Assembly: GCA_004764695.1 (NCBI GenBank)
Contig: SMSO01000014.1
Location: 1,917,648 to 1,981,647, forward strand
Reading direction: 5' to 3'
Length of the DNA stretch: 64,000 nucleotides
From: Schizochytrium sp. TIO01
Lineage: Eukaryota; Protista; Bigyra: Labyrinthulomycetes
The notes below the pieces were generated by a model. It had not been told where the DNA came from. It saw only the letters and a list, made by a program, of their open reading frames with translations, and ran no database searches. A program made the position numbers and the translations under genes. Positions 1 to 11,125 of the stretch are shown here, piece after piece. Position 1 is the stretch's first letter. Each line of letters opens with the position of its first letter.

Positions 1-1803
1 CCATGTTGGCTCTTGAAAGGTGCAGTTGCCAATGTGTTGAAGGTGCTCGCCCAATTCGTGATTTGATTTAGATGCCAATTCCCTCATCTCAAATCACCAT
101 CATTTATAAAGTAATATGTTTTCCGCTCTTTTCATTTATCAGCGCTGTTTCTTTGCATAGAATGACTTTCAAGACTCCGAAGCAAAATATGGTTACTCTT
201 ACTTTTTTGCAAGAATTAGTATAATTAAAACAATTTAAAAAATAAAATATCAATAGAAATGAATTATCTTATTGCGGAACATGATACTCAGGGGTCTATA
301 AGCTCATATAAAAGCTTAAGTCAAGGCACCTATATAATAGTTCCTTTTCACGTTGTGACCGGGCTATTTGTAGGTCTGGTTTATATAGCCCAGAGCTTTT
401 CAGGCGCAAGCAAATCAGTCAGAATCGAACAACTAACCTTCCTACCTACCTAAAATATTTTTCATTACCATCCGGATAATGCGGTGCTTATAGTGACAAG
501 ACAAGGAGTGAGCAACCCTGCGCAACGCAATTTTATTTAATCCAAAGTCTTGGGTTTGAGAAATGTGAGCTTACATGCGCGGCACGGAAGACGAGATGGA
601 GTAGGCAGGGTCTCGCAGTAGCAACCCACAAGAACAACACTGAGCATGGAATGGGTGGTCCTGAAGAGCACACGGTTGTTTAGCCTTATGTTGTATTGAA
701 TGTTGTTGAAAAATGCCGAGGCCATCGCAACAAAAACGATACAACTTGCCATGAAGAAGTGTCCCTCTGTGGCTATCTGACAGGTGTTGCTTATAGACAC
801 TCGAGCACATAGACTAATATGTTAAAGGCCCATATTCAATTTAATAGGTTGTTATGAAGAAGCTTATTTTGCGTGAGCCATGAGGATCACTCACAGAGAA
901 TCACTAAATTCAATATGAGTGAGAGGTTTGCACCAATGCTATGAAGAGCACAAATAGAAGTCTTTCATATCTCTATGTGGGTAAAACATCGTTCTTGGCG
1001 CGAGGCTAGAGTTTCAAATTTATAATCGAGACAATTCGCCTGCACTGTGTCGTTCCCCTCAGTCCAGCACCTTTTGGGGGCGTCCTTTACCTTCAAACTT
1101 ACTCAAAAGCATTTGTATATTTTCACAATGAATAATAGACGCTTGTAACCTCTATCTCTCGCTTTGGAACGACCAGGAAGAATAATTCGTATCTATCGAA
1201 TTTCCAAACTATGTCCCGAGTATTACTGAGTGGCGGAAATATATATAGAATAATTAGCTACTACTTTGTGCCCGTTCTGATTCTACGCATTCGTACAATT
1301 CCTGTACATGGCATGCCCACGCAGTTCCGCTTGATTTTATGTACACTTAAGCAAGTCTTTACATTAGCTCGCGACCCTTCAAATACTTATCAACTAATCC
1401 TTAGATAATCGCTTTCAGGCAAAAATAGAATATGATCACCAAAACGTAAACCATAATTTCTTCATGTCAAGCAACCGATCTACTGATTTTCAACAACCAT
1501 CCATTCGTGCGGCAGAAAAGGAGGTTCATCATACTCTAGACTTCTACCTCTCAGCAAAATGTGACCCTATATAATATCCTTTCTTTTCTTTCTTCATGTG
1601 TGCACAACTTGACCTCTTTTCTAATAACAAGCAGAGGTGAACCAGCACAACTTTTGCCAAGCAAGCACCATTCTCAGAAGACTTTTCGAGGCAGAATCAG
1701 TTCGCCTCTAGAGGGTTAAGGTGTATCGCAGTGCCAATCCGCGCACAAACCACTACAATCTCCATCCTCGGTTCGTTGGCTCAGCACTGTGACTAGAGGC
1801 GCC

Positions 1804-2859
1804 ATGGACTCGGCAGATAAACCTAGTGTAGCATGGATGGTCTATGCGGTACTTGCGGTCGCAGGCACAGTCCTCTCACAGTACTGCCTTTACGCGTGGC
1901 TTGAGGAGGACAAAAAAGCCATAGCATCCGGGAGCCCATCCGATCTTTTGTCAGTCTTTACGAGATTTTTTAATGACACCGTGAGCAACTACATGGGTGT
2001 GGCCTTGTACTACAGTATCTTCACCTTTACATGCACAACTTTGTGGAGCTTTGTGACTGAGGCTAGTCGCCGCCGTGCAAATGTATCCACTCTCGTGCCA
2101 GCAGTTGTTCCTGCATTGTCTTTGGGTGTAGCTGCCTGCAGTGCAGTACCAGCATTTATGGCTTTAATTCAACGAGCAGAAGCTCGATTTGTTCCGCGTG
2201 GCATGCCGCAATATGAGCTTGGAGCCTCTCGCGCATTCAACATCCTTTTCTTTAATCTTATGTGGATTGTTGGATTTATCTTGGTCATGCCTGGCACTGC
2301 TTCAGCGTGGCCTGGAGGCCAGTTTGACTCTACTGTTTTCGCTGTTGTGGCGCTCGCTGCGATTGCTCCGCCTTTTGCGATGCCGTTTGACGGAACCCGT
2401 GGCGTTCAGAGGAGCGACGTGGAGGCCGGTACTCCAACTACTGCCACAAACGAAGACCGTCTTTCTGATCGAGAGTTTGCGCATTATCTGATTATGACAA
2501 ACTCAGGGTTGACAGCGCTCATTGGCCTCTTTGTGCATCTTTATGCTTGGGCATGCATTGTGCAATGCGGTTCACTGGCTGTATTATATGAAGAGCTCAC
2601 AGCGAATTGGGCAACGATTTTCCTTCTAGTGGACTACGTTATTCTTGTCTTGGCAGCATACTTTTGGCTGGAAGTGGAGGCTATGGGCCCGGTGCGCTCA
2701 GCGAGTTCTATCCGAAGTTCGTCTCGCGATGGCCCCCTGCAATGGCGTGATCTTTTGTCTGTGACCATTTTTGGCCCCATTTGCCATTTTTCGATTGCTT
2801 TTGCAAGTCGCGAGTATGGTTTGCTGAAGCTTGACGGTCTACAACTTAAGTCTAACTAA
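1804..2859 (+). CDS. Multi-pass membrane protein of unknown function (about 351 aa; C-terminus resembles DUF2834/CtvD-like membrane proteins)
   Basis: Long ORF; the first ATG is at 1804 (gccATGg), and the track start at 1789 is a GTG. There are 7-8 hydrophobic segments. The C-terminal pattern 'ANWATIFLLVDYVIL...IFGPICHFSIAFASRE' resembles the D...GP...RE ending I recall for DUF2834/CtvD-like proteins; this family call is tentative. Confidence 0.8.
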   Translation: MDSADKPSVAWMVYAVLAVAGTVLSQYCLYAWLEEDKKAIASGSPSDLLSVFTRFFNDTVSNYMGVALYYSIFTFTCTTLWSFVTEASRRRANVSTLVPAVVPALSLGVAACSAVPAFMALIQRAEARFVPRGMPQYELGASRAFNILFFNLMWIVGFILVMPGTASAWPGGQFDSTVFAVVALAAIAPPFAMPFDGTRGVQRSDVEAGTPTTATNEDRLSDREFAHYLIMTNSGLTALIGLFVHLYAWACIVQCGSLAVLYEELTANWATIFLLVDYVILVLAAYFWLEVEAMGPVRSASSIRSSSRDGPLQWRDLLSVTIFGPICHFSIAFASREYGLLKLDGLQLKSN

Positions 2860-3391
2860 CTCTGTTGAATTGTAGCAAGCATGTAAGAAACAAGTTTTTT
2901 TTGTGAAGGCCAGCAACATTTTTTTACATTTGAAACAAAACCTAACATGACGAACTATAGAACAATAATTCGTAGAACACTGCAAGGACATTCAAGAATA
3001 TTAAAAAAAAAAACTATGCATGATATATGTATGATAGTTGTATATCTGGTTGGTGTGTTTGTGTGTGAAATGATGGTCTATTCCTTAGCTTGGGCGAGAG
3101 CAGCTGGTTGAGAAAGACAAGGAAAAGGCCAAGTGGACTCCTTTTCAGTTTGCCTGCTTCCTTATGCAAAAGGGTTGGTCTTGCCATTGTGAAGTAGGTA
3201 TGGAGCGAGTGTTTTGTGTTCCAATTAACGTCTTGTGGGCCTAGGGCCCACGCCGACGGGGTGGGGTGGGGCGAGAGCGCAATGACGCCGTGCGATGGTT
3301 GAACATAATGGAGAAGAAAGAGAAGAAAATAGAACGCCAAGCATGAACGTATTCTATTGAAGAGAAATACTGAATAAAGAGACCCTTAACT

Positions 3392-4278
3392 TTACTCGTC
3401 AACGGAAACGAGACCGAGGTAATCATCCTTAATAGTTCCAACAGCAGAGACGCTGTTTTGGTCAAATTTAACGTTCATGAGCCGCAAGCGAACACCACTG
3501 CCAGCTCTAATTTCTACCTCTTTATCCTCAGATACCCAAGCACTTCGCTCGTGATCAAATCCCTCCTTCAAATCGTCCGGCATCATGTGGCGTGAGACAA
3601 AAATTTGCAAGGGACCAGCCTTGGCGAAAAAGCCATAGTTGAGTGCCGTTGTGACGACAGCATCAAGGACTTCAAGACGAAACGGGCGAAAGACAACTGC
3701 CTGGAATTTTACCTTGTATGTAACCTGTCCAGTACTATCTTCGATCTGACCCTTGCTGATATCCTCGTCGCGGATTTCGGTGACGTACACTACATAACCA
3801 ATGCGACCAAGTGCAGCACCTTCAACAGAGTTTCTCAGCCGTGTTTTAATCTTCTCGCGCAAATTGGGGCCAAGATCACTGGGGTTCATGGCCAGCTCCT
3901 CCTCGAAGGATTTCTATCTCAACAGAATCATTTTAATGTCGTGCAAAGAAATTTACCGATAGAATGTTAGTTTTGGTGGTGTCAAGATTATTTCATGCTA
4001 TGGCTTTTTCCCTTCGCTTCCACCGACCTGCCTGTACTACACAATTCATATTCTTCAATACTACCGTGTCCACAATCACAAGAATTCGATTTCCCACGCT
4101 ACGGACCAATATTATCTTCCTGACGGCGCGGCGCAGCTCTTCACGAAGACATTTGCTTAGCCCTTCGTTCGTTCGTTCGTTCATTCATTCCAAGCCATCA
4201 GAGTGTTTTCATGAGACCTTTTCTGCACCTCGCTTTCAGAGGGCAGGCAGCTCAAGCTATACTTACGAGGAAGAACAT
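3392..4278 (-). CDS. RPB7: RNA polymerase II subunit RPB7 (POLR2G), 2 exons: 4267-4278 and 3392-3913, 177 aa
   Basis: Exon 1 is ATG TTC TTC CTC followed by GTAAGT. The acceptor gagatAG at 3914 joins in frame to give MFFLKSFEEELAMNPSDLGPNLREKIK...VEG...GYVVYV...FQAVVFRPFRLEVLDAVVT...GFFAKAGPLQIFVSRHMMP...VGTIKDDYLGLV, the canonical RPB7 motifs. Confidence 0.97.
3914..4266 (-). other. Spliceosomal intron of RPB7 (353 nt)
   Basis: GTAAGT donor at 4266, ACTAAC branch-like motif near 3966-3971, TAG acceptor at 3914. Splicing restores the conserved MFFL-K N-terminus. Confidence 0.92.
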
Positions 4279-5461
4279 AGTGCTAGGACGCTCCGAAGCG
4301 GCTTTTCCGCACCCTTCGCGAGAATGAGGGCTGCGTCGCAGGCGCTAGCTAAAGACGATCTGCCTACCTCAATTGATTGATCTCGTTGATTGATTTGCGG
4401 CCTAGTAGATACTAATAAGCTCTTTACTTAGCTGTTACTTACTTACTAGTCATTATTGGCGCTTCATTCAGTTATGTAGAATGACATTTTGATTTAATGA
4501 TGGGTACAAACGCGAACGAAGGTAACTCATGCCATGCAAGACAGCGGAGGATAGGAATTTGATACTTGAGCAGACCTGATGACTTGAGGGATGCGGGAAT
4601 GAGTGTCTAAGAGAGCTCTGGAAGGAGAAAATTTCTTTGATGAAATGCTACTCGTAAATTCTGATTTTGGTCTTTTCCGTGTAAATAAACTAAATCAGCA
4701 TGTAGACTTCAAGAGAGGAGGATATTTAATTACTCTATCATTGGGATTCATTTAGCAAGATTTATGCCCGAATTTTGCTCTCTATCGATGATATTTTTAA
4801 TGCATTCATAAGTTGTGGTCAAGAAAAGATCATACAGCTAAATACAACAATACAATTGTTTCAATGTTTCAAAGTAAAGCTTTACTTGATAACTAATTGT
4901 GTGGAAACTTAGCATTCAGTCTGCTGAAATGTGTGACTGTGCACTTGCTAGCGATCTCCATTACACAAAATAGCTTGTGGATTGTGTTGTGTTAAAAATC
5001 TCTTCTTCCTTTTGTATACTCTATAGATCTTAAGATCACGTCTCACTCCTTAGCTCTGAGCACTCTAACTAAGATTCATATTGCCTGCGCATAGTGTTCG
5101 ACTTGAGCTAAATTTATGAACTAACTATGATGCAGTCTGACTTCATGGCAAAATTAACTACACTACAAATACTTTGCATATTAGGTTCCTATAGGAAATT
5201 ATAGTATAGCCTAGAAAAACTCCACAACCCAAAATTGCACCTCGATAGAGTGATTAAAACCTTCAAAGTTTGAACTCCTCAATTGTTGGGAGACCACTTC
5301 GCGGCAGGGGCTCTACCAGAGAATCGTCTACGGTCTTCTGCGCTGCTTGCAGGAGCCGTTTGCTCAGTAGTTCCGCAGGGAAAGTTAAGAAATACTGTAC
5401 CTCAATATACTGTCGTTTGAATTAGTTGTCCGGTTAGACACCGTTGGGACCCGTTGCGTCA

Positions 5462-7822
5462 ATGGAGACTCGACAGGAGCAGCGGTCGGGGGCCCTGCTT
5501 GTTTTACAACCAAAATTGGAGGGCGGAGATATGGAGAACGCCAAATGGACGAAATGCAGGACTTTACGAGCTTCAGAAGGAGCTTTGACTGGTGAAAATC
5601 AGTTTTCTCGCAGAAGTCGTCTGCAACAACGTGAAGATGGTAAATACGACAAGATCAAAGCAAATCCTACAAAAGAGTTTCTGGAGCAGCAAACCTCTGC
5701 AAAGAAACATACTCCAGCACCTTCATCACCTTCTAAGAATGTGGGCAAGGGCTTTGCAAAAGCACACGTAAAAAATGTGAAACGCCAAAGACCAAACATA
5801 GGCATTAGCTCAGGAAACGTAAGTCAGGAGGAGTCCAAGACTCACCGTGCAGAGGTTAAATCAGTGGATCAGTTGTTGGAAAGCTGGCGAGCAAGACGTG
5901 CGAGTCGAGCTACAGCTAAAGGCCAGGACCTGTCTGCCCTTGAAGAAAATTATTATCTTCAGGCCCAATCAGGAAATGCAGGTTCTCGAGGAATTAGATC
6001 CAACCTTCAACGAAGTTGTGTTCCTTTAAGTATGTACTATAATGACGCAGGCCTTCACAACGAAAGAAAAGTCAATGGCCTTCGAACTCGAATGGCATTT
6101 AAATCTCCTCTGTCTGCCTTTGCATTGGAGTCAGTCTCGACACATGATTCAAGTCCGTCGCAGCATCTTGAGAGTAAAATTAACAACTTGACCACCTCGG
6201 CTAGTGAATCATTGTATAGCAGTAGTGAAACATTCGCTGTCGTGGATGGACTACCCCGGCGATGGTCACGGGCTGCACGTTTATCGGAACTTCAACACGC
6301 TGTCGAGTTGATGGAAAATGACTTGGAAAATGTAAATATTGAGGAAGACCTTGACGAAAAGATAAGGTTTGGTATCGCGGTGGATCTTCGCTGGGCATTT
6401 GCGCGCTGGAGACATTTTCTCCGGGAAGTTCAATTTGAGGAAATTAAAGATCTTACAGCAGGGTTTCATTTTGATATCAACCTGAGTCAGCGATGCTTCA
6501 CGGCATGGAAGTTATTCGTCCTAGATCGGCAATGGCAACAGGCAGTAGACTTCGATGAGACAAGGATGTTAGCATTTAGTTGGGCACAGTGGTGTGATTA
6601 CACAATGGAGAGGCGTTCAATGCGTAAATGGCGCCAACAGGCCGGGTTCAAACGACTGAAAGCGAAACAAAGAGAGAGAATTTTGCGACAACACATTATC
6701 GCCTGGGTTAACTTCAGCAAGAAACGACAACAGACAAGAACTCGCGGCGAGCAGGTACATCGTGAGCTATGGGTTCGGAAATGGATTAAACACTGGAGGC
6801 GCATCTTAGATGTACAAAGGTGTCATAAAATGGCGCAGATATTCTTGCGTCACGGATGGAATAGACTATGTTGGCGTTGGAAAGTATGGAAGTCGTGGAA
6901 TGTTTTGGGCCCTAGTCTGGATAGTCTACGCCGTACAATGCTATATCGCAAGCTCATGTGCACCCATGCTCTCAGGTTATGGAGGGGGTTTGTACAAGGT
7001 CGCCGACTCGCCGCTTATTATGGAGATTTGCGTGGTGTTCTTCTCGAACTCCAGCACCAGCTTGTGTCTCGTCGTAAACGCCGTTGGTGGGAATTTTACC
7101 GACGTAATCGCGCACGCCGAGGTTTTCAGGGCTGGCGTGCTTGGATTTTATGGGATAAATACTTTAAGGAGATTGTTGCAGATGTGCGACAAAAGCACTT
7201 GGAGCAGCAGAAGATTACCATTTTTAAAATTTGGCAGGCAGCAACGAAGTCGCGTCGAGCGGTGCAGAGTTGGAGTAGCCTGGCTCAGGGTCTCTTGAAA
7301 AAGTCTGACGTTGAAAATCACCGTCTAAATCAAGTACGTGGCAAGTTATCTCGAGCTAAAACAGGTCGTCTGCTTATCGCATGGCGTCTTGTGGTGAAGG
7401 CGTCGAGGCACCATCGCCATTCCGTTGGAAAGCACATTTTTGAGGTTCTATTTTACGCATGTGCGCGGCGACGTCTACTACTACGTATGGCCGCTACTCA
7501 TGCTGCTCGTCGACAATTAGTGAATTGCTTCTCCCGTTGGATAGTGTATTCAGCTGATCAAATATGCTGGCGTCGAGCTGGAGCCTTACATCGATGTAAG
7601 CTTTTGGTCAACGTGTTTCGTGAATGGCGTCAATTCGTGGACGAGCGTGTGCTTGAGCGTGCTCATGATCGGAGTATGCGACGACAGCTTGAGTTGGGAT
7701 GGTTCGCACAAGTTCGTTTGGAGGCAGCCCGTACCTACCATCGTACAAAAAGTCAAACTCAAACGGAAGAGGCCCATGTCACCGCGCGAATATCCGCTAA
7801 CACATTACCAACGATATCTTGA
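5462..7822 (+). CDS. Sfi1-repeat (centrin-binding) centrosome/basal-body protein, about 786 aa
   Basis: The first ATG is at 5462 (the track start at 5444 is a TTG). A disordered N-terminus is followed by an Arg/Trp-rich helical region with recurring Sfi1-type [F/L/W]xxW[R/K] units: WAFARWRHF, RCFTAWKLF, FSWAQWCDY, HIIAWVNF, KWIKHWRRI, HALRLWRGF, RGFQGWRAW, TIFKIWQ, RLLIAWRL, NCFSRWI, NVFREWRQF. Confidence 0.8.
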   Translation: METRQEQRSGALLVLQPKLEGGDMENAKWTKCRTLRASEGALTGENQFSRRSRLQQREDGKYDKIKANPTKEFLEQQTSAKKHTPAPSSPSKNVGKGFAKAHVKNVKRQRPNIGISSGNVSQEESKTHRAEVKSVDQLLESWRARRASRATAKGQDLSALEENYYLQAQSGNAGSRGIRSNLQRSCVPLSMYYNDAGLHNERKVNGLRTRMAFKSPLSAFALESVSTHDSSPSQHLESKINNLTTSASESLYSSSETFAVVDGLPRRWSRAARLSELQHAVELMENDLENVNIEEDLDEKIRFGIAVDLRWAFARWRHFLREVQFEEIKDLTAGFHFDINLSQRCFTAWKLFVLDRQWQQAVDFDETRMLAFSWAQWCDYTMERRSMRKWRQQAGFKRLKAKQRERILRQHIIAWVNFSKKRQQTRTRGEQVHRELWVRKWIKHWRRILDVQRCHKMAQIFLRHGWNRLCWRWKVWKSWNVLGPSLDSLRRTMLYRKLMCTHALRLWRGFVQGRRLAAYYGDLRGVLLELQHQLVSRRKRRWWEFYRRNRARRGFQGWRAWILWDKYFKEIVADVRQKHLEQQKITIFKIWQAATKSRRAVQSWSSLAQGLLKKSDVENHRLNQVRGKLSRAKTGRLLIAWRLVVKASRHHRHSVGKHIFEVLFYACARRRLLLRMAATHAARRQLVNCFSRWIVYSADQICWRRAGALHRCKLLVNVFREWRQFVDERVLERAHDRSMRRQLELGWFAQVRLEAARTYHRTKSQTQTEEAHVTARISANTLPTIS

Positions 7823-8276
7823 TCAGAATAACGTTCCCAACTATTGAAAATTATTCCTGTAAACATCTATGCATTTCCTCATTCGCTGATTTCACGAAGA
7901 TTTTTTTAAATGGGATTGTCAAAGAATAGAGACATTTCGAAACTGAGTGGTGTTGAAGTCTTAAAATGTTGAGAGCATATGAAATGAATATTCTTAACCT
8001 TTTTGTAAAATTTCTAGGCAAGAGATATTCAAGCATGCTTGTGACAATTAAGATACGAGTAACACAAGAGAGAAGCAAAGGGTGATATTTCGGTCTGCGG
8101 TGATTAGAAATATACACTTTGGATGTAAATAGAAACGACAAAAGAAAGAAATCAAACACATTGAACGACAATATTGGTCAAAGATTAATTCATATCAACA
8201 GTCAAAACAGCAGAAAGGTAGAATAGAGTAAAGTAATGTAGTAGTAGGGTAGACAGGAGGTTTGGAGGGGACTTTA

Positions 8277-9581
8277 TTACACAGAGGAGGAAGGGGTTTG
8301 CTTACGCAGGTGCTCGACACAAGCTGTGACAAGCATTTCCTTGCGTTGCTCTTTGTTGAGGCCCATGTATTTTGTTACAGCACGAGTGAGGTTTGAGTTG
8401 AGGTATCGCATAGCCTGGTCCCTTGCGGTGAATGTGAGGTGGCGAGTCTCGGTGCCTTCGTTGGCGAGACGGTAGTGTTGAAGGTAGAAAACAATTGCAG
8501 CACGAGCAAGGTCGCAATCTGCGGCCAAGTCAACCTTGATTCCAGTTGAGTTGAGCAGCTTGGTAATTTGCTTGAGGCAGCGGTAATAAAAGTCTCTGCA
8601 CTGAGATCGCGTCTTGCTCTGCATGGTGGAGCTAATGGCAACAAGATCTTGCCGCCGGCCACCGTGCCACTTGACGTCAGGGTTTTGCAGGACAATGCCG
8701 AGAAGGGCGCGAACGACCTCGTCGCGCTCTGAATCTCTCCATGATGCATAGGCTCGGCTCTTGTTGTTCATGGTTGAACCTGATCCGGTGCTGGAGGAGC
8801 TGTGTTTCTTGGGACCAAGAGTGGGTCGCTTGAGAGCAGCTCGCTTCTCGAGTTCTGCAAGGGCGGTACACGGATCCTGACTTGAGTACATGCTGAGGTT
8901 AGGGTGGGATCCGCCACGCGGCAAAGCACTGGAGGGTGAGTCAGGGGTGGCCAGAGGGGAGCTTACGGGCGTGGTGCCGAGAGAGGAGCTGCGTCCAAGG
9001 GAGTCTGGGCCGGACAACAGGGACAGGGCTGACATCAATGGTGCTTTTGCTGTGGCAGGAAAGTTTTGATGTGAGTTAAGAGAGTGTTCTGCGCCTAATT
9101 GAGGAGAAAGATTATATGATGCAAAGAGGTTGGGAGCCGAGGCAGAGCGGGACTCGGCTCGCATCAAGCTGTTCATGGATTGGTGGATGGGTGAGGATCC
9201 ATTTCCAAGAACATTGTTGCCGAGCATGAGGGCCACACGAAGTTCGTCATCTGTAATTTTGGTATTTTGGTCCTGGTGTTGCTGCTGATCTCTTGCCTGT
9301 TGTTGTTGTTGCTGCTGCTGCTGTTGCTGCATGAGCATGTACGGAATTGAGTTGAGTTGTTGGTCCTGCTTCAGCTTTTCTGGTGCATCATCTTCTTGTA
9401 ATCCGGGGAGACCAGCAAAGAGAGTCCAAGGTAATCTCTGGTTCGACTGCTGTTGCTGTTGCTGCTGTTGCTTTGCCTGCTGGTGCTCCTGCTGAGCACG
9501 GAGCAGAGCTTGGCGGCCTTGTTCCAAGGCGTAGAGCAGGGCATTGTTGTCCCGTGTCGGTTCGTTATCCAAAGACAGCAT
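8277..9581 (-). CDS. PolyQ, SANT/Myb-like chromatin or transcription regulator, Cramped/CRAMP1/TKI1-like (434 aa)
   Basis: The N-terminus is Q-rich and Ser/Pro-rich. The C-terminal 'RAYASWRDSERDEVVRAL...W...SKTRSQCRDFYYRCLKQITKLL' matches the atypical SANT helix-3 signature (K-x-x-x-Q-x-R-x-[FY]-YYR...K) of animal Cramped/CRAMP1 and plant TSL-kinase-interacting protein 1. Confidence 0.8.
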   Translation of the reverse strand: MLSLDNEPTRDNNALLYALEQGRQALLRAQQEHQQAKQQQQQQQQSNQRLPWTLFAGLPGLQEDDAPEKLKQDQQLNSIPYMLMQQQQQQQQQQQARDQQQHQDQNTKITDDELRVALMLGNNVLGNGSSPIHQSMNSLMRAESRSASAPNLFASYNLSPQLGAEHSLNSHQNFPATAKAPLMSALSLLSGPDSLGRSSSLGTTPVSSPLATPDSPSSALPRGGSHPNLSMYSSQDPCTALAELEKRAALKRPTLGPKKHSSSSTGSGSTMNNKSRAYASWRDSERDEVVRALLGIVLQNPDVKWHGGRRQDLVAISSTMQSKTRSQCRDFYYRCLKQITKLLNSTGIKVDLAADCDLARAAIVFYLQHYRLANEGTETRHLTFTARDQAMRYLNSNLTRAVTKYMGLNKEQRKEMLVTACVEHLRKQTPSSSV

Positions 9582-11031
9582 TATTCTAGAGGTTATGTGT
9601 GATGATTTATATTGCTCAGGTTGTGCTTGAAAACAGAGTCTGAGTGAAATACAGCGCGGCCAGGTTTATTCTTGAGCTCTTCCTTGGTGCGCTTCGTCCT
9701 CCAAGTCTATAGTTGAGAGCACAAGGCCGTCGTCACCTTCGCAGTCTTAGCGAACGCTTGTTTGACCACGATCGATCACCAAAGAAAGAACAAAAGACAC
9801 AAGGAAACAAAGAAAACACGGGGGGCGTCGCCTTCCTTTTCTTCTCTCCTCGCTCGTAAGCTACAGCAGCAGGCTGTCGCTTGATTTCTGGCGGGGGATG
9901 TGATATGTGGTGGGGTGTTGCCTCGTCGTGCGGTGCCTGACTTCGGTTGCTTGCTTGCTTGCTTGCTTGCTTTCGCTAGCTCGCTCGCTGCTTGTTTGCT
10001 TAGTTGTTGCACGGGCGACAGGACGAACAGGTTTTGCTTTTGCTTCTTCAGACGCTGCTCGCCGCTTTTGTTTTCTCTTCCTTTTTATTGATGGAATCAG
10101 CAGTTTTCAATACTTGCTTACTTACTTTGGCATTCCAAAAGAAAATAAAAATCCTTTAATTGTTCGCACTTATCTTCCTATTCTGATTCTCTCAACATTC
10201 TTTTACTTCCTTCAGATTATTTTCAATTTAATTTGGTTTTTAAGGTTCAAAGGTAAACACTTTTGTTTTTCTAGGACTCCTTTCTTCTTTCATTGATCAT
10301 CATTTAAATTCGGGTGGTGGTGTCGATGTGTTTTAATTGAAAAGGACCCGCCGAAGGTGTTGGCAATCTGAGAACAACCTCATCAATCCTATACGCATCA
10401 TCACAGCACCATCCTAAGCACAAAACTTTCTATGGTAGTGGCGATTCAAGTTTCGGACCCTGATGATGTTGAATTCGCTCCCTCTAAACAAACAAACAAT
10501 CAATCATACAAACAAACAAACAACAATTTGATTTTTTTTTACATTTAAACTTAAAATAAAATAAAATAAATGTTAAGATGAAAAACATTATCTCGTCTCT
10601 CCTCCTCTTTTGGAAGACCTGCGCGCTCTCCTCTCTCCACTCGTTGCCTTCTTCGTTCCATTAGATAAAATGATGAAATTATGTTCAACATACCTTCTTG
10701 TTTAAACAGCAGAAAGTACAAAATTAATTTTGAAACGCTACGTTTGTAAAAGTTTTAAATCTAAGGAAAGAAAGAATAAAGGGAGTGAGGCCTCTTCGCG
10801 AAAGAAGACCTACACTTTAAAGAAAACTGGGGTGGCACACTCTGCGTTTTGTTTATTCTAGGTACATTCATTCGTATTCCCATTCATGCATGCATTCCGT
10901 ATTTAACTAAACATCCGTGATAGAGAAGAATCGCGACACTCTCCTTTCATCAATTTCAAACCAACCCAAGATTTCGATTTTTCTCCCAAACACTTTCTTT
11001 TCCCTTTCTGACACATTCTTCATATCTCTAT

Positions 11032-11125
11032 AAACAAACAAACAAACAAACAAACACACATACATACATAAATACATACATATATATACATACATACATA
11101 CATACATACATACATACATACAAAC
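11032..11125. repeat. Compound microsatellite (AAAC)n grading into (ATAC)n
   Basis: aaacaaacaaac...catacatacatacatac read directly from the sequence. Confidence 0.95.

Noticed and set aside
537-810. 87-aa hydrophobic minus-strand ORF
   Set aside because: Short, GTG start in the track and no recognisable family. It could be a remnant but cannot be supported.
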